A stretch of DNA of 36,950 bases from a virus (taxonomy: Duplodnaviria > Caudoviricetes), in IMG/VR virus record IMGVR_UViG_3300044852_000022, positions 1 through 36,950 of that record. One strand, written 5' to 3'. The number at the start of each line of letters is the position of its first letter. Position 1 is the first letter of the stretch. Under the pieces are notes generated by a model. It was not told where the DNA came from, made no database searches, and worked only from the letters and a program-made list of their open reading frames with translations. Made by a program: the position numbers and the translations under genes. Of this stretch, positions 1 through 9,740 are shown piece after piece.

Positions 1-471
1 TTGCCCGCCTGGATCGGCCTGAGCGTCTCTATGGGACTCGCTGGCGCTTTGTTCATGGCAATGGTGTTCTATGCCTTTATCTTTGTTCTGAACTACTTCA
101 GCAAGGGTTACTCGGGTGCATACAACGCTGACCACCGTCGCTTTGAAGATGCTGCCCGTCAGTTGATCCAAAAGCTGAAGGAAGACAAGCACATGCCTCC
201 TGCCGAGAAAGCGGTACTGGCAGAAGAAGTGCAACAACTGTTGAAACATGCCGAGACACTGCGTCCTTGGTATGAGTCCACTGTGATCCACCGCTTTATG
301 GGTTGGGTGTTCAGCCAGGCTGACTTCAAGGCCCAAGAGGTCGAACACTACACTTCTGTGATCGCCAACCACGAAGTGAACACCATCGCTGTTAAATTGG
401 CGCGTTTGAAAGCACGGCGTGACGGGACTGACACCAGCCCTGAAGAAGAAAACAAAACCTACGAAGCCTAA
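1..471 (+). CDS. 3' end of a virion head protein, phiKZ gp84/85/86-like paralogue family (5'-truncated by window)
   Basis: Frame is open from position 1. A hydrophobic stretch is followed by YNADHRRFEDAARQLIQKLK...EHYTSVIANHEV, which resembles the C-terminal pattern I recall for this family. Syntenic position upstream of the gp87/gp88-like pair. Confidence 0.55.
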   Translation: MPAWIGLSVSMGLAGALFMAMVFYAFIFVLNYFSKGYSGAYNADHRRFEDAARQLIQKLKEDKHMPPAEKAVLAEEVQQLLKHAETLRPWYESTVIHRFMGWVFSQADFKAQEVEHYTSVIANHEVNTIAVKLARLKARRDGTDTSPEEENKTYEA

Positions 472-497
472 CCCACCCTCTTGCAAGGAACTCTACC

Positions 498-893
498 ATG
501 TCGCATTTGATCCATGTACTCGCATTCAAGAAAGAGCTGACCGAGAAAGGTATCTCCTGCCCAATCGAACAGAGCAAGCTGCTGGCCGAACCTTTCACCC
601 GTGCACTGATCCGTCGTTCGTACCGCGTAGGTGGCTGGACCTCCGAGATGGACGAACGTGCTTGGGCCATGCTGGACAAGTGGAACAGCGTGTCGCCTAT
701 CCCGGCTGCTCTGATCCACAAGCAAGCCCAGGTTCGTATCGGCCTGATCGCTGGTTCCATGATGACTACCGGCACCCTGCCGTGCAAGAGCAACTACACC
801 ACGGTCGTTAACGACGTTGACGTCGGTGAGCTGCCTGCTTGCGCCGTGCTGACCGACTACCTGGTAAAAGAGCTGGAGGCTAACCGTGAGTGA
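498..893 (+). CDS. hypothetical protein (131 aa)
   Basis: AAGGA RBS at 485-489, phage-typical codon usage, stop overlaps the next gene start. Confidence 0.8.
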   Translation: MSHLIHVLAFKKELTEKGISCPIEQSKLLAEPFTRALIRRSYRVGGWTSEMDERAWAMLDKWNSVSPIPAALIHKQAQVRIGLIAGSMMTTGTLPCKSNYTTVVNDVDVGELPACAVLTDYLVKELEANRE

Positions 894-2397
894 TGCTACT
901 ACTAGCCTCGACGATTACCAACAGATGGGTAACTCGAGCCCTGTTGATTCCTATCAGCCAGGCGAAAACAAACAACGAGTAGACCTGACGGAATACTACC
1001 AGGTCAGTGATCAGAACAACGCGACCGTTATGGTCATGGGTGCTGAACAACTGTCGCTGGGCGTATTCTCTAAGCAGGTCGCTCGTCACCTTAAACTCAA
1101 GGGTGTTGAGCAGTATGACCCGTTCCCTTCGGCTCGCAACGCTCGTCTTGGCGCTGAGGGCTTCTTCACCGCCATCTACGACGGTTTCAAGAACTTCATC
1201 GAAACCATCATCAAGTATATCCGTATGGCCATCGACTGGGTTGTCGACATGGTCAAGGGGATCTTTGGTTTCCGCAAGAGTGAGCGGATCACCAAAGCCA
1301 TCGATGATGAACTCGGCAACCTGAAGAAGGAGTTCGAAGACGTTCTGATCAGCTTTGGTTTTAACGCTGCTGAATACAACGTCGAGAAGTTCCTGGGTGA
1401 CCTGCCGAAAGGTCAGGACCGCATGGCGCAGATCCATCTGTTGAAGAACAGACTCGATAGCGATGTGGACCAGATCAAAAAGCTGACTACCTGTGTACCG
1501 GTTATCCAGCAGCTGAACGGCAAGATCAAGGTTGCAACTGACAAGGTAACGGTCGCCCAGAAGAAACTGAAGAAGATTATCCTGGATGAGTACAACCGCT
1601 CTCGCGTTCGCGCCAGCAGCGGTAACAAAGTCCAGGGTGAAAACTCCAGTGAAGTGGTGGTGATTTCCAAAGCCATACAGGAAACCATCCTGTGTCTTGG
1701 TACCGGGGATATTACCGAGGTACTTGGCAAGTTGTACAAAGAACTCTATAGCCTCGAGTTCTCCAACGACGAGATTGCCAACAAGTTCGATAAGGTCCAG
1801 ACCCGTCTGAAGACTGAAGTGGTCAACGCCGCCATGACTGTTCGTGGTATCGGCGTGACGGAAACCATGGCAGAGATCCAACGCCTGAACTTGCGTTATC
1901 AGGAACTGGTTGATTCCGAGATCGATATCTCGAAAATTAACTGGAAGGCCATGGCTGAGATCGTCGACAAGACTGACTCGGACAAGATCGCTGCGTTAGC
2001 AGGGTACTACAATACCCCTGAGCTGCTGGCGGCTTACCAGGGTATGTCTGTTGATGTTCGTAACTTCACTCAGATGTGCTATGCGATCAACAAAGAAGTT
2101 ATGCGTGTTGAGAAGCAGATCGTCAGTGTGGTTGAATGGTACGGCCGTATTCATGCCTATTACTATCATGCTGTGATCGATGATATTGAAGGTATGCAGA
2201 AGGCAGTGGACTCCGCACGCGCCAAAGGCCTGAGCCCAATCATCGAACAACGGGTCTTCATCAGAGACGCGGACGCCAAAACGTTTATGGAGAAGGTATC
2301 CGCCAACGTTAACTTCGCGATCAAGAACGATCTTGGTGGGGTGAAAACAAACCTCAACAACTTCACCAAACAAATCGGGATGGGTAAAATGCTATGA
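886..2397 (+). CDS. putative inner-head (inner-body-like) structural protein, 503 aa, with propeptide
   Basis: GGAGG RBS at 875-879 before a GTG start. LGAE|GFFTAIYDGFKNFIETIIKYIRMAIDWV is a candidate protease site followed by an amphipathic helix, typical of phiKZ-like processed head proteins. Confidence 0.65.
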   Translation: MSDATTSLDDYQQMGNSSPVDSYQPGENKQRVDLTEYYQVSDQNNATVMVMGAEQLSLGVFSKQVARHLKLKGVEQYDPFPSARNARLGAEGFFTAIYDGFKNFIETIIKYIRMAIDWVVDMVKGIFGFRKSERITKAIDDELGNLKKEFEDVLISFGFNAAEYNVEKFLGDLPKGQDRMAQIHLLKNRLDSDVDQIKKLTTCVPVIQQLNGKIKVATDKVTVAQKKLKKIILDEYNRSRVRASSGNKVQGENSSEVVVISKAIQETILCLGTGDITEVLGKLYKELYSLEFSNDEIANKFDKVQTRLKTEVVNAAMTVRGIGVTETMAEIQRLNLRYQELVDSEIDISKINWKAMAEIVDKTDSDKIAALAGYYNTPELLAAYQGMSVDVRNFTQMCYAINKEVMRVEKQIVSVVEWYGRIHAYYYHAVIDDIEGMQKAVDSARAKGLSPIIEQRVFIRDADAKTFMEKVSANVNFAIKNDLGGVKTNLNNFTKQIGMGKML

Positions 2398-3140
2398 GCC
2401 GAGAAGCCATGTGGGAAGAGATCGTCAAACTGAAGGATGTGGCGCTCGTCACTACCCAGACGTACACCGACGAACTCGAAGCCCTGTTCGAAGCAATGGA
2501 CAGCGAAGGGTTGCCGTTGCCGATTGCGACAAAGGTTATTCGCGGTATCTGGGGTGACAGCTCACGTGCTAACGCTTTGCTGGTACAGCTGTCGGAGTGC
2601 TTTCCAGAGACTAACAAGTCTTTGGTACTCTACGCCGGCTTGCCAGTAGCTGAAGCACGTAAGCAACTCGGTCAGCTGAAGGAAACCCGCGAGTACTTCG
2701 AGGCGATCTACGTTTATATCCAGAACGTGGTCAACTCCACCATGAAGGACTTGATGGACGCCGGGTTCACTGTTGAGAACCAGGAGCGCCTGAACGAGTT
2801 CCGTTGTGAAGTGCTGAAGTACGCGGCCTACACAGACGGTTACTTCTACGAAGCCGAACCGAAGCTGCGTGACGGTACGGTCACTTCGTGGGATCAGCTC
2901 AATCGTGTTCCAGACGTGGTAATCAACGGGGACTACCTGTTCATCAATGAGTTCGCTGAAACCTTGACCAAGGCACACGCGGCTTATATGGATAGTGCGT
3001 TCTATCCAGACCTGAAGATGTCGGGCTACAGCCTGAAAGACTTCTCCTGGCGTACTAGCGACATGACTAGCAAGATTCAGTTGCCGTTCTTGTTCGCTCA
3101 GTTCTTGAACGAGAAGTACTCTGTTACAACTGCTGCGTAA
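2394..3140 (+). CDS. hypothetical protein (248 aa)
   Basis: ATGA overlap with the upstream stop, consistent codon usage, ends just before a hairpin terminator. Confidence 0.8.
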   Translation: MSREAMWEEIVKLKDVALVTTQTYTDELEALFEAMDSEGLPLPIATKVIRGIWGDSSRANALLVQLSECFPETNKSLVLYAGLPVAEARKQLGQLKETREYFEAIYVYIQNVVNSTMKDLMDAGFTVENQERLNEFRCEVLKYAAYTDGYFYEAEPKLRDGTVTSWDQLNRVPDVVINGDYLFINEFAETLTKAHAAYMDSAFYPDLKMSGYSLKDFSWRTSDMTSKIQLPFLFAQFLNEKYSVTTAA

Positions 3141-3147
3141 CGGCCAT

Positions 3148-3181
3148 AGCCCTCCTACTCCTTTGCGGGAGTAGGAGGGCT
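3148..3181. terminator. bidirectional hairpin terminator between convergent genes
   Basis: Perfect 14-bp stem AGCCCTCCTACTCC / GGAGTAGGAGGGCT with loop TTTGCG, lying between stops at 3140 (+) and 3192 (-). Confidence 0.85.
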
Positions 3182-3191
3182 TATAGCTGCT

Positions 3192-6122
3192 TTACACCGG
3201 ACCCATGTTGACCATGGATGCGTCATGCGGCAAGAAGACGATGTCAATGTCTTCCTTAATCGACAACAATCCATCCGAACTCTGTTGCAGCAGTTTACGG
3301 ATACTGAAGCCTGTGAGGTCATCAGCGTTACTGATCACGTCCACAGTGCTATCACCCGCCACTGCACTCAACTTAACAGCAACCACCTCAGAAGACGTCC
3401 CGTCTTTCAATCGCCAAGCCAGGTCGTTAACACTGAACGTCGTAGCCCCGAACAGACCTTCGTTAAGCGTCTGTGGAGTGCTGGCATCCAGCGAGTCTTT
3501 CAGGCTTGGGTTCTTCATGCCGGCCGCCGTCAGGTAATAGGTGACTACGAAGCTCAGGTCTTGACGCAGGTAACTGGTGTAGTTGCTGTTGACCACTACC
3601 TTCTGATACCCCAGCTTATTACGCGGCTGGTAAACCAGGCTGGTCTGATCGAGTGCAGACGATGCAAAGTAAGCCATGTCCTGACTGATCACATCCACAA
3701 AGTAGTCTTTGGTCTCTTGAGCAAACTGCACGTCATAAGCGTCATGACTGAAGTAGTAGGCGCCATCAAACCCGATGAAGTCCCAGTGATACAGCAAGTC
3801 ACGAGGGGCGACCGTGATGTAGTTGCCATCACTGTCCATCATGTAGTCGTCTTTGGTGTATTCCAACTGAACCCGAGGCGGTACGTTGTTATCGTACATC
3901 AGGTCGCCCACCATATGCTCTACCTGCGCTACACCGTCAATGAAGATGATCTCTTCATTTTCGTTACGCTTGTAGATAGTCTCTGGATAGGTAAATGGAA
4001 CATCCACGCCATACTTCTTGTACTGCGCCTCTCCTACCAGCGGACGAATCCGGCTGTACAGGTTACCCAGCTTCTTGCCCAGTGTTACTGCGTACTGGGT
4101 TTCGATGATGGCCACCATCGGCACACTGAACAGGGACTGATCGATCTTGTCATCCGAGGAAGTCGCTGTGTTAGCCTTATCGCCTTGGAAGGTAAAGAGG
4201 AACAGCATGTCCAGATCCAGCGGCACGCCCGTTGTAGGCTGAGTGTTACCGAACTGGCTGAAGTTGGTGAAGTAGATAACGTCGTTAACATCCACGTCAA
4301 ACCGGCTGTCCAATGTGAACTGCCAGATCCGCTCACCGTCTTCTGTCAAGCCATACAACGTAGCTGCCATGCTGGCCAGGCTATTGGTATCTTCTGGCTG
4401 TACCGACAACTGAACGCCCAGGGTAGAGTCATCCAGTTCCTTATAGCTCTTACCGGAAGCAGTAATCACTGTAATCAGGTAGCCGTTATCGTTCTGCTCA
4501 ATTGCCACAGAACCCACGCCCACGTCGATACCCAACAGACTGTTCTCAGCCTTAAACGTCTGGCTCTTGAACTTGGGCTCATCCAGGTGATAGGTGCGCA
4601 ACACTGCTTGAGTGTTGGTCAGGTCCATCACGTAGTAGAACGGCGTGTACACCAACGTAGTGCTGGCTACCAGGTCGACCTTAGCTTCGTTGCTCTTAGC
4701 TTCGTAGCTGTTTTTGGTTACCTGGTTGATCAACACGGTGGTTGGCTGGCTGATGTCAAACAGCACGTTGTGTGGAATGGTAATACGCTGACCATTGTCG
4801 ATCACCACACCACTACCAATCAGACTGTTCACCGAAGCCAGATAACTACCCACGAAACACGCCATAGGTGCAAACAGCTTCTTGTTGTCCTGGATCCGCA
4901 GTTCCTTGGTCACCGAGTAGCTACGCTTGGTCATGTAGTCGATGGACTTAACCGAGTTGTAACCGTAGTTCTCTACGGTACCAATCAGGTTGTTCTCAGT
5001 GATCGGCAGATTACGCTGACGACGGCCGTTGATGAAGGAAGCCTTCATCTGAGCAAACGGGATAGCGTTGCTACCACCCGATGTAGGGGTCATTGCACGC
5101 CATGCCATACCACCCGAAGACTTCAATGCGCTGGAGAACGAACCCAACGTACCAGCACCAAAGCGGTAGTCCTGGTAGTTCACACCAACATCACCGATAG
5201 CCGTTTGGGTAAAGTCTTTCAGCAACTCACCCTTGGTGGTGTAGGTATAGATGTCGATAGTCCCGACACCCAACCCGTTAGCGATATAGACGTCCGGAAT
5301 CTTGTAGTTATACCGCTGGTTACTGACATCCAGACTCAGAGCCAGGGTAACCGTGCTTGGGTTGAACACGTCCTGGTCATAACTCACCAGAATCTCGCTC
5401 TTAACCCCACCTACCGTTTGGAACGCCCTGACCGAATACAGGTAGTCCTGGAAGATGACATCGCCACTGCAACCGGAACTCTGGTTAGAGGTCAAGTTCT
5501 CAGTAGGTTGACACACCAACTGCCGGCAAGGGATGACAATAGTCAGGTAACCGTTTGGGGTAACCCGACGTATCAGCAGGTTGTTGGCAATCGGATTGAG
5601 CGGGCTGTTGGTGGTGTCGTCATAAACCACCTGGTAACCGGTTTGCTCACTGTAACGGATTTCAATACCGTTCTCGATCGCAAAGGTATAACCACCGAAG
5701 GTCAGCTCAGTGTCCTTAGGCAACAACAGCATCTTGTACGTAAAGGTGGTTTTGCCCAGGGTAACCGTAACGTCCTTAGCCAGCGACATATAGACCGCAG
5801 TGTTGATGGCGTACTGCAACTCCATGATCGACGGTGTACCGAACATCCCCACCTGCTCTTCTTCAGACATGTGGCGACTGAGATCAGCGGTAGTGCGAGC
5901 ATGGGCGGGGAACAGCTTGGCAATGCTGTCGTCAATCCGGTTAAGGATCCCGTGAGCAGAACCCAGGATAATGTCTGTACCCAGGACAAACGGGTGGGTC
6001 TTGCTGTTGAGGTTGACTGACCGCCCGAAGTAGTCCTTTTCAACCTGGTTAACAATTCGGTTAATCCCCCGAATAGGGTTGTTAGCTAGTGCGATCAGTT
6101 CGCTTTGTGTAATGTCCGCCAT
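3192..6122 (-). CDS. baseplate wedge-like virion protein (phiKZ gp87 / SPN3US gp48-like), 976 aa
   Basis: Size, minus-strand position paired with a ~360-aa gene, beta-rich composition, FPAHART and TSGGSNAIPF motifs resembling baseplate-J / T4 gp6-type proteins. Confidence 0.65.
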   Translation of the reverse strand: MADITQSELIALANNPIRGINRIVNQVEKDYFGRSVNLNSKTHPFVLGTDIILGSAHGILNRIDDSIAKLFPAHARTTADLSRHMSEEEQVGMFGTPSIMELQYAINTAVYMSLAKDVTVTLGKTTFTYKMLLLPKDTELTFGGYTFAIENGIEIRYSEQTGYQVVYDDTTNSPLNPIANNLLIRRVTPNGYLTIVIPCRQLVCQPTENLTSNQSSGCSGDVIFQDYLYSVRAFQTVGGVKSEILVSYDQDVFNPSTVTLALSLDVSNQRYNYKIPDVYIANGLGVGTIDIYTYTTKGELLKDFTQTAIGDVGVNYQDYRFGAGTLGSFSSALKSSGGMAWRAMTPTSGGSNAIPFAQMKASFINGRRQRNLPITENNLIGTVENYGYNSVKSIDYMTKRSYSVTKELRIQDNKKLFAPMACFVGSYLASVNSLIGSGVVIDNGQRITIPHNVLFDISQPTTVLINQVTKNSYEAKSNEAKVDLVASTTLVYTPFYYVMDLTNTQAVLRTYHLDEPKFKSQTFKAENSLLGIDVGVGSVAIEQNDNGYLITVITASGKSYKELDDSTLGVQLSVQPEDTNSLASMAATLYGLTEDGERIWQFTLDSRFDVDVNDVIYFTNFSQFGNTQPTTGVPLDLDMLFLFTFQGDKANTATSSDDKIDQSLFSVPMVAIIETQYAVTLGKKLGNLYSRIRPLVGEAQYKKYGVDVPFTYPETIYKRNENEEIIFIDGVAQVEHMVGDLMYDNNVPPRVQLEYTKDDYMMDSDGNYITVAPRDLLYHWDFIGFDGAYYFSHDAYDVQFAQETKDYFVDVISQDMAYFASSALDQTSLVYQPRNKLGYQKVVVNSNYTSYLRQDLSFVVTYYLTAAGMKNPSLKDSLDASTPQTLNEGLFGATTFSVNDLAWRLKDGTSSEVVAVKLSAVAGDSTVDVISNADDLTGFSIRKLLQQSSDGLLSIKEDIDIVFLPHDASMVNMGPV

Positions 6123-7199
6123 TTACTTAGCACCCCAGTATTCCATTTCCATCGAGTTCAGGTTGATCCAGGGATAGCACAACGCGTAGTTAGCAGCGTA
6201 GTACTCACTGAACTGCAACTTACGGTAGTTGGCATCCCGAACGCTTGGGTTCATGTTTGGATTAAAGAACAGCGTGGTACGGTTAAACATGTCCGCCACA
6301 CGCAAGTTGTTGTAACGGAAGACCACACTTGGAAAGTTGATCTCCACTTCATCCTGACCCTGACCCCGCAAACTGTTCTGCGTACGGTCGATGGTACTGA
6401 ACGCACCCGACGGGTAGGTGTTAGGCCAGGAATAGCCGTTCATGTAAATGCCTTCGATACTGCGCATGTTCTTGTTCATGATGACATGATAGACACGCAT
6501 ATCGTAATCACGGTAGTTCTGGATCAAGGCTTCCGGATAAGGCTCCATGCCTTCGTCACCCAGCGTTACCCCTTCGATGTAGTGGTTTATCACATCGAAG
6601 ATAAACGGCACCACGCCCGGTTTAGGGTTGTGGAAGGTTAGCCGCATGTCGTAGTCGTAGTTGACCTTCAGAATCCCGTTAGGGTACTGATAGACCTCTT
6701 TACGGATACCTGGCGTAGACTTCTCTACTGGCATCTGCACGTCAGGAAAGCCCGAAGACACTTTAACCAGGTTAGTCAAGCAACCCATCCATGGATACAA
6801 CGGATCCAGCATGGCGCTGTTACCACTGTTGGCCCGTCCCCACACCGGATCCAACAACCCCTTAACGTAATGTTGCAGGGTATTGCGATCAGGGTTGTAC
6901 AACGGCAACATTTGAGGATGTTTTATCACGTTTTCGTCGGATAAGTTCAACAACGGCCGGTTAATAAAGACTAATCCTATGGTGTCGTCGGGGATGGGAG
7001 CCAACTGGTTCCCAGGGCCTAGAATTCGTACCCCTTTCAACATGCTGATCAGTGCGCTCGAGTAGCCGGGTCCACCGTTTTCTCGAAACGCATACTCTAG
7101 CCAGTCGTCATAGGTCTGGGAGTTTAGATCGCCTGCGGGTTCTTCATTCCCTGGGGTCTTGTCGTACCACCCGTTATACTGATTCGGATCATCCGCCAT
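6123..7199 (-). CDS. tail/baseplate structural protein (phiKZ gp88-like), ~358 aa
   Basis: Start moved to MADDPNQY (ATG at 7199) because a GGAG RBS precedes it. GLVFINRPLLNLS and DYDMRVYHVIM motifs as recalled for the gp88 family. Its stop directly abuts the gp87-like start. Confidence 0.6.
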   Translation of the reverse strand: MADDPNQYNGWYDKTPGNEEPAGDLNSQTYDDWLEYAFRENGGPGYSSALISMLKGVRILGPGNQLAPIPDDTIGLVFINRPLLNLSDENVIKHPQMLPLYNPDRNTLQHYVKGLLDPVWGRANSGNSAMLDPLYPWMGCLTNLVKVSSGFPDVQMPVEKSTPGIRKEVYQYPNGILKVNYDYDMRLTFHNPKPGVVPFIFDVINHYIEGVTLGDEGMEPYPEALIQNYRDYDMRVYHVIMNKNMRSIEGIYMNGYSWPNTYPSGAFSTIDRTQNSLRGQGQDEVEINFPSVVFRYNNLRVADMFNRTTLFFNPNMNPSVRDANYRKLQFSEYYAANYALCYPWINLNSMEMEYWGAK

Positions 7200-7232
7200 T
7201 TCTCTGGCTCCCATTAATGAAGGTAATTAAAA

Positions 7233-8348
7233 ATGATTGGTAACTTACTGGGTTTGGGGTCTTACCTGCTGGATATTGCAGCCAAGTTTTATCCCGATAG
7301 CAAAGACATAAACTCCGCCGCCAAGGTGGCGGGCCAGGTTCAACGTTCATACAATGTGGTCTCGACCACATCGGTCCATGAGAGTGCTAACCGCGCTATC
7401 ATCGCCCCAATGGTGGGTGTTGAGCAGACGCTGTTGCACCAAGAATTCATGGCCGATCTCATGCAGATCATTATGCTGCGTGACGTGGTGGCGACCCTGA
7501 CTCACCTGGCGCTGGAAGGCACCGTGGCAATGGGTGTGCAGATCAAGGACGTTATCGGTTCGATCAACCCGAACCGTGCTGGTATGTTGGCGCTGATGGG
7601 CTGTGAAGCCATGGACAACAACATCCCCAACGGCGACAAACCAAAAGACGGCGATGACAATAAGCCGGACGTGCACTATGTTCAAGTCGGCGGCAAGTCC
7701 ATGCCGGATCTGAACGAGTACACCCCGCTGGCCGTTGGTAAGGTGGTTAACGCTACCCTGACCACCGAGCGTGGCAACAAGATCGACTTCCCGCTGACCT
7801 TCCGTCAGATCCCGGTTCCGATGTCGTTCAAAGACATGAAGCGTACCTTCTCGGCTGCCAAGATCGAAGAAGGCTTCTTTGCTCGCCTGACCATGGCGAA
7901 GACCCGTGAGATCACCTACCCTGAATTCCTCAGCGGTAAGGATATCATCAAAGAACGCTTCAACATCAAGAACGAGGAGATGTCGGGCTACTACAAAGAA
8001 GCCCTGCGTCGTGAAACCGGCAACAAGCTGACCGCTGTTCGCACCGGTGTCATCAGCTTCAACAGCATGGCCAACTCGTTCATCATGTCCCAGGAATCGG
8101 CTACCCAGCTGGAACTGGACCTCGGTAAGCGTTTCCGCGACCCAGTAGCGCGTGCAGGCATCTTCAAAGCGGTAGTGGCTAATACCATCGTCGTCTGCAA
8201 CGAAGACCGCGGCATCTACACCTTCTACACCCACGGCAGCGATATGCCAGAAGTCTACACCCGTAAGGATATCGCCGTTAAATCCAAGAAAGATTCCGGT
8301 TCCAACACGCTGGCGGACCTGGTCAAATTGCTCAACGGAGGCATGTGA
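7233..8348 (+). CDS. inner-head protein (phiKZ gp89-like), 371 aa
   Basis: AAGGT RBS. First gene of the divergent head operon. LAVGKVVNA motif and MGCE candidate cleavage site. Synteny. Confidence 0.6.
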   Translation: MIGNLLGLGSYLLDIAAKFYPDSKDINSAAKVAGQVQRSYNVVSTTSVHESANRAIIAPMVGVEQTLLHQEFMADLMQIIMLRDVVATLTHLALEGTVAMGVQIKDVIGSINPNRAGMLALMGCEAMDNNIPNGDKPKDGDDNKPDVHYVQVGGKSMPDLNEYTPLAVGKVVNATLTTERGNKIDFPLTFRQIPVPMSFKDMKRTFSAAKIEEGFFARLTMAKTREITYPEFLSGKDIIKERFNIKNEEMSGYYKEALRRETGNKLTAVRTGVISFNSMANSFIMSQESATQLELDLGKRFRDPVARAGIFKAVVANTIVVCNEDRGIYTFYTHGSDMPEVYTRKDIAVKSKKDSGSNTLADLVKLLNGGM

Positions 8349-9229
8349 TGGATATTTTCTCCTATGTCGGGAAAGTAAAGGCTGTAAAGAAGAACGAAAT
8401 CCTGGCGGCTATCCTGAACATCAAGGTAGCGGGCGACGACCTGAAGGCCGGTCTGGAAAACCTCCAGAGCAACAACATCGACCTGAGCGACCAGATCGAA
8501 CACTGGGTCATCACCAAGTCGCTGAAGAAAGCGATTACCGGTGCAGGCTTCAATGGCCATGATCTGGTGAGCGTGAGCCAGCACAACCTGGGCGCTATCG
8601 ATGCGCTGACCACTGAGCTGACCAAGGCTGTTAACAGCTACAAGGACAGCCTGTGGGACGGTCACACCATGACTGTTAAGCAGGCTAACCTGTTGAACGT
8701 CGTCGAGTATCTGAACTTCTGGCTGCGTTACACCCGCATGGTCTACGATGTATTGCTGACCATGAACAACCAGAAAGTTGACCCGGCTCGTTACCTGAAC
8801 GGTGTTGACCTGCGTTGGATCAACGGTACTGCGGCGTTCTACAACAACTTCACCGTGGACCTGCTGCGCGGCGCAGCGACCATCATGAAGAACATGAGCA
8901 ACCTGCCAGACATCGAAATCTCGCAGACCTCGTTGGACGTCATGGAAAGCACTGGCGGTAAGGGTCAAGTTGACCTGCTGCAAAAGGGCTTCGGTATCCA
9001 CCTGGTTAACCCGCTGTTCTGGCTGGGTGTGGGTATCAGCAAGATCCAGACCGTCCGCATTGAGCGCATGCGTCGTGACAACGAATACTTCGCTATGAAG
9101 ATCTCGCAAGCGATCAACAAGCGTAATGGCACGAATGACCCTGAGCTGGATCGTCGTATCGAGATCTACCAGGACAAGATCATTCGCAACGACCACACCA
9201 TTTCCGAGATCGAGGCCGACTATGCCTGA
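8348..9229 (+). CDS. inner-head protein (phiKZ gp90-like), ~293 aa
   Basis: GGAGG RBS and TGATG overlap. NPLFWLG followed by a C-terminal coiled coil (DPELDRRIEIYQDKI) as recalled for gp90. Synteny. Confidence 0.6.
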   Translation: MDIFSYVGKVKAVKKNEILAAILNIKVAGDDLKAGLENLQSNNIDLSDQIEHWVITKSLKKAITGAGFNGHDLVSVSQHNLGAIDALTTELTKAVNSYKDSLWDGHTMTVKQANLLNVVEYLNFWLRYTRMVYDVLLTMNNQKVDPARYLNGVDLRWINGTAAFYNNFTVDLLRGAATIMKNMSNLPDIEISQTSLDVMESTGGKGQVDLLQKGFGIHLVNPLFWLGVGISKIQTVRIERMRRDNEYFAMKISQAINKRNGTNDPELDRRIEIYQDKIIRNDHTISEIEADYA

Positions 9230-9740
9230 ATTTCGCCGGGGTAACAACGGGTACGTCAGCGCTCACCTCGGTGATGGTGAGCTTGACGCCATGTTCAAGA
9301 ACCTTAAGTACCTCCGTCAGGATGCGTACCAGGATTTTGAACTGATCATGAAAGGTGACGTTACCATCGAAACCCTGCGGGAAGTTAAAGCCATGACCGG
9401 CACTTCTTTCGCAGGGTGGATGGAAGTCAACTTCGACAATGGCAAGGGCCCATTGGCTGAACTGATCCGTGACATCATTCATTACCTGAATGGTCGTTGC
9501 GGTCATCGGCAGTTGATCACATCGCTGGGCATCCAAGAGAACAAACTCGTGGATGCTAACAGTACCCGTTACGGTACATACACACCCACCACTCGTACAG
9601 GCGGCCATGCGGCTTTCTTGCAGGATGGGGACACGGTCTACGACAACGACCTCTTTCGTCTCATGGCAGGCGTAGGAGCAGGCGTTGTCGGGCGTATCTT
9701 CTTGCTTCTCGGAGGAGAGTCCTACTATGGGTCAAATTAA
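9222..9740 (+). CDS. virion protein (phiKZ gp91-like position), ~172 aa
   Basis: Likely start is ATG 9222 (MPEFRRG) with a GAGG RBS, overlapping the upstream stop. Family assignment by synteny only. Confidence 0.55.
   Translation: MPEFRRGNNGYVSAHLGDGELDAMFKNLKYLRQDAYQDFELIMKGDVTIETLREVKAMTGTSFAGWMEVNFDNGKGPLAELIRDIIHYLNGRCGHRQLITSLGIQENKLVDANSTRYGTYTPTTRTGGHAAFLQDGDTVYDNDLFRLMAGVGAGVVGRIFLLLGGESYYGSN

Noticed and set aside
3225-6020. 931-aa + strand ORF antisense to the baseplate gene
   Set aside because: Shadow frame in codon register with the real gene, produced by codon bias. No RBS and an unnatural Val/His/Gln-rich composition.
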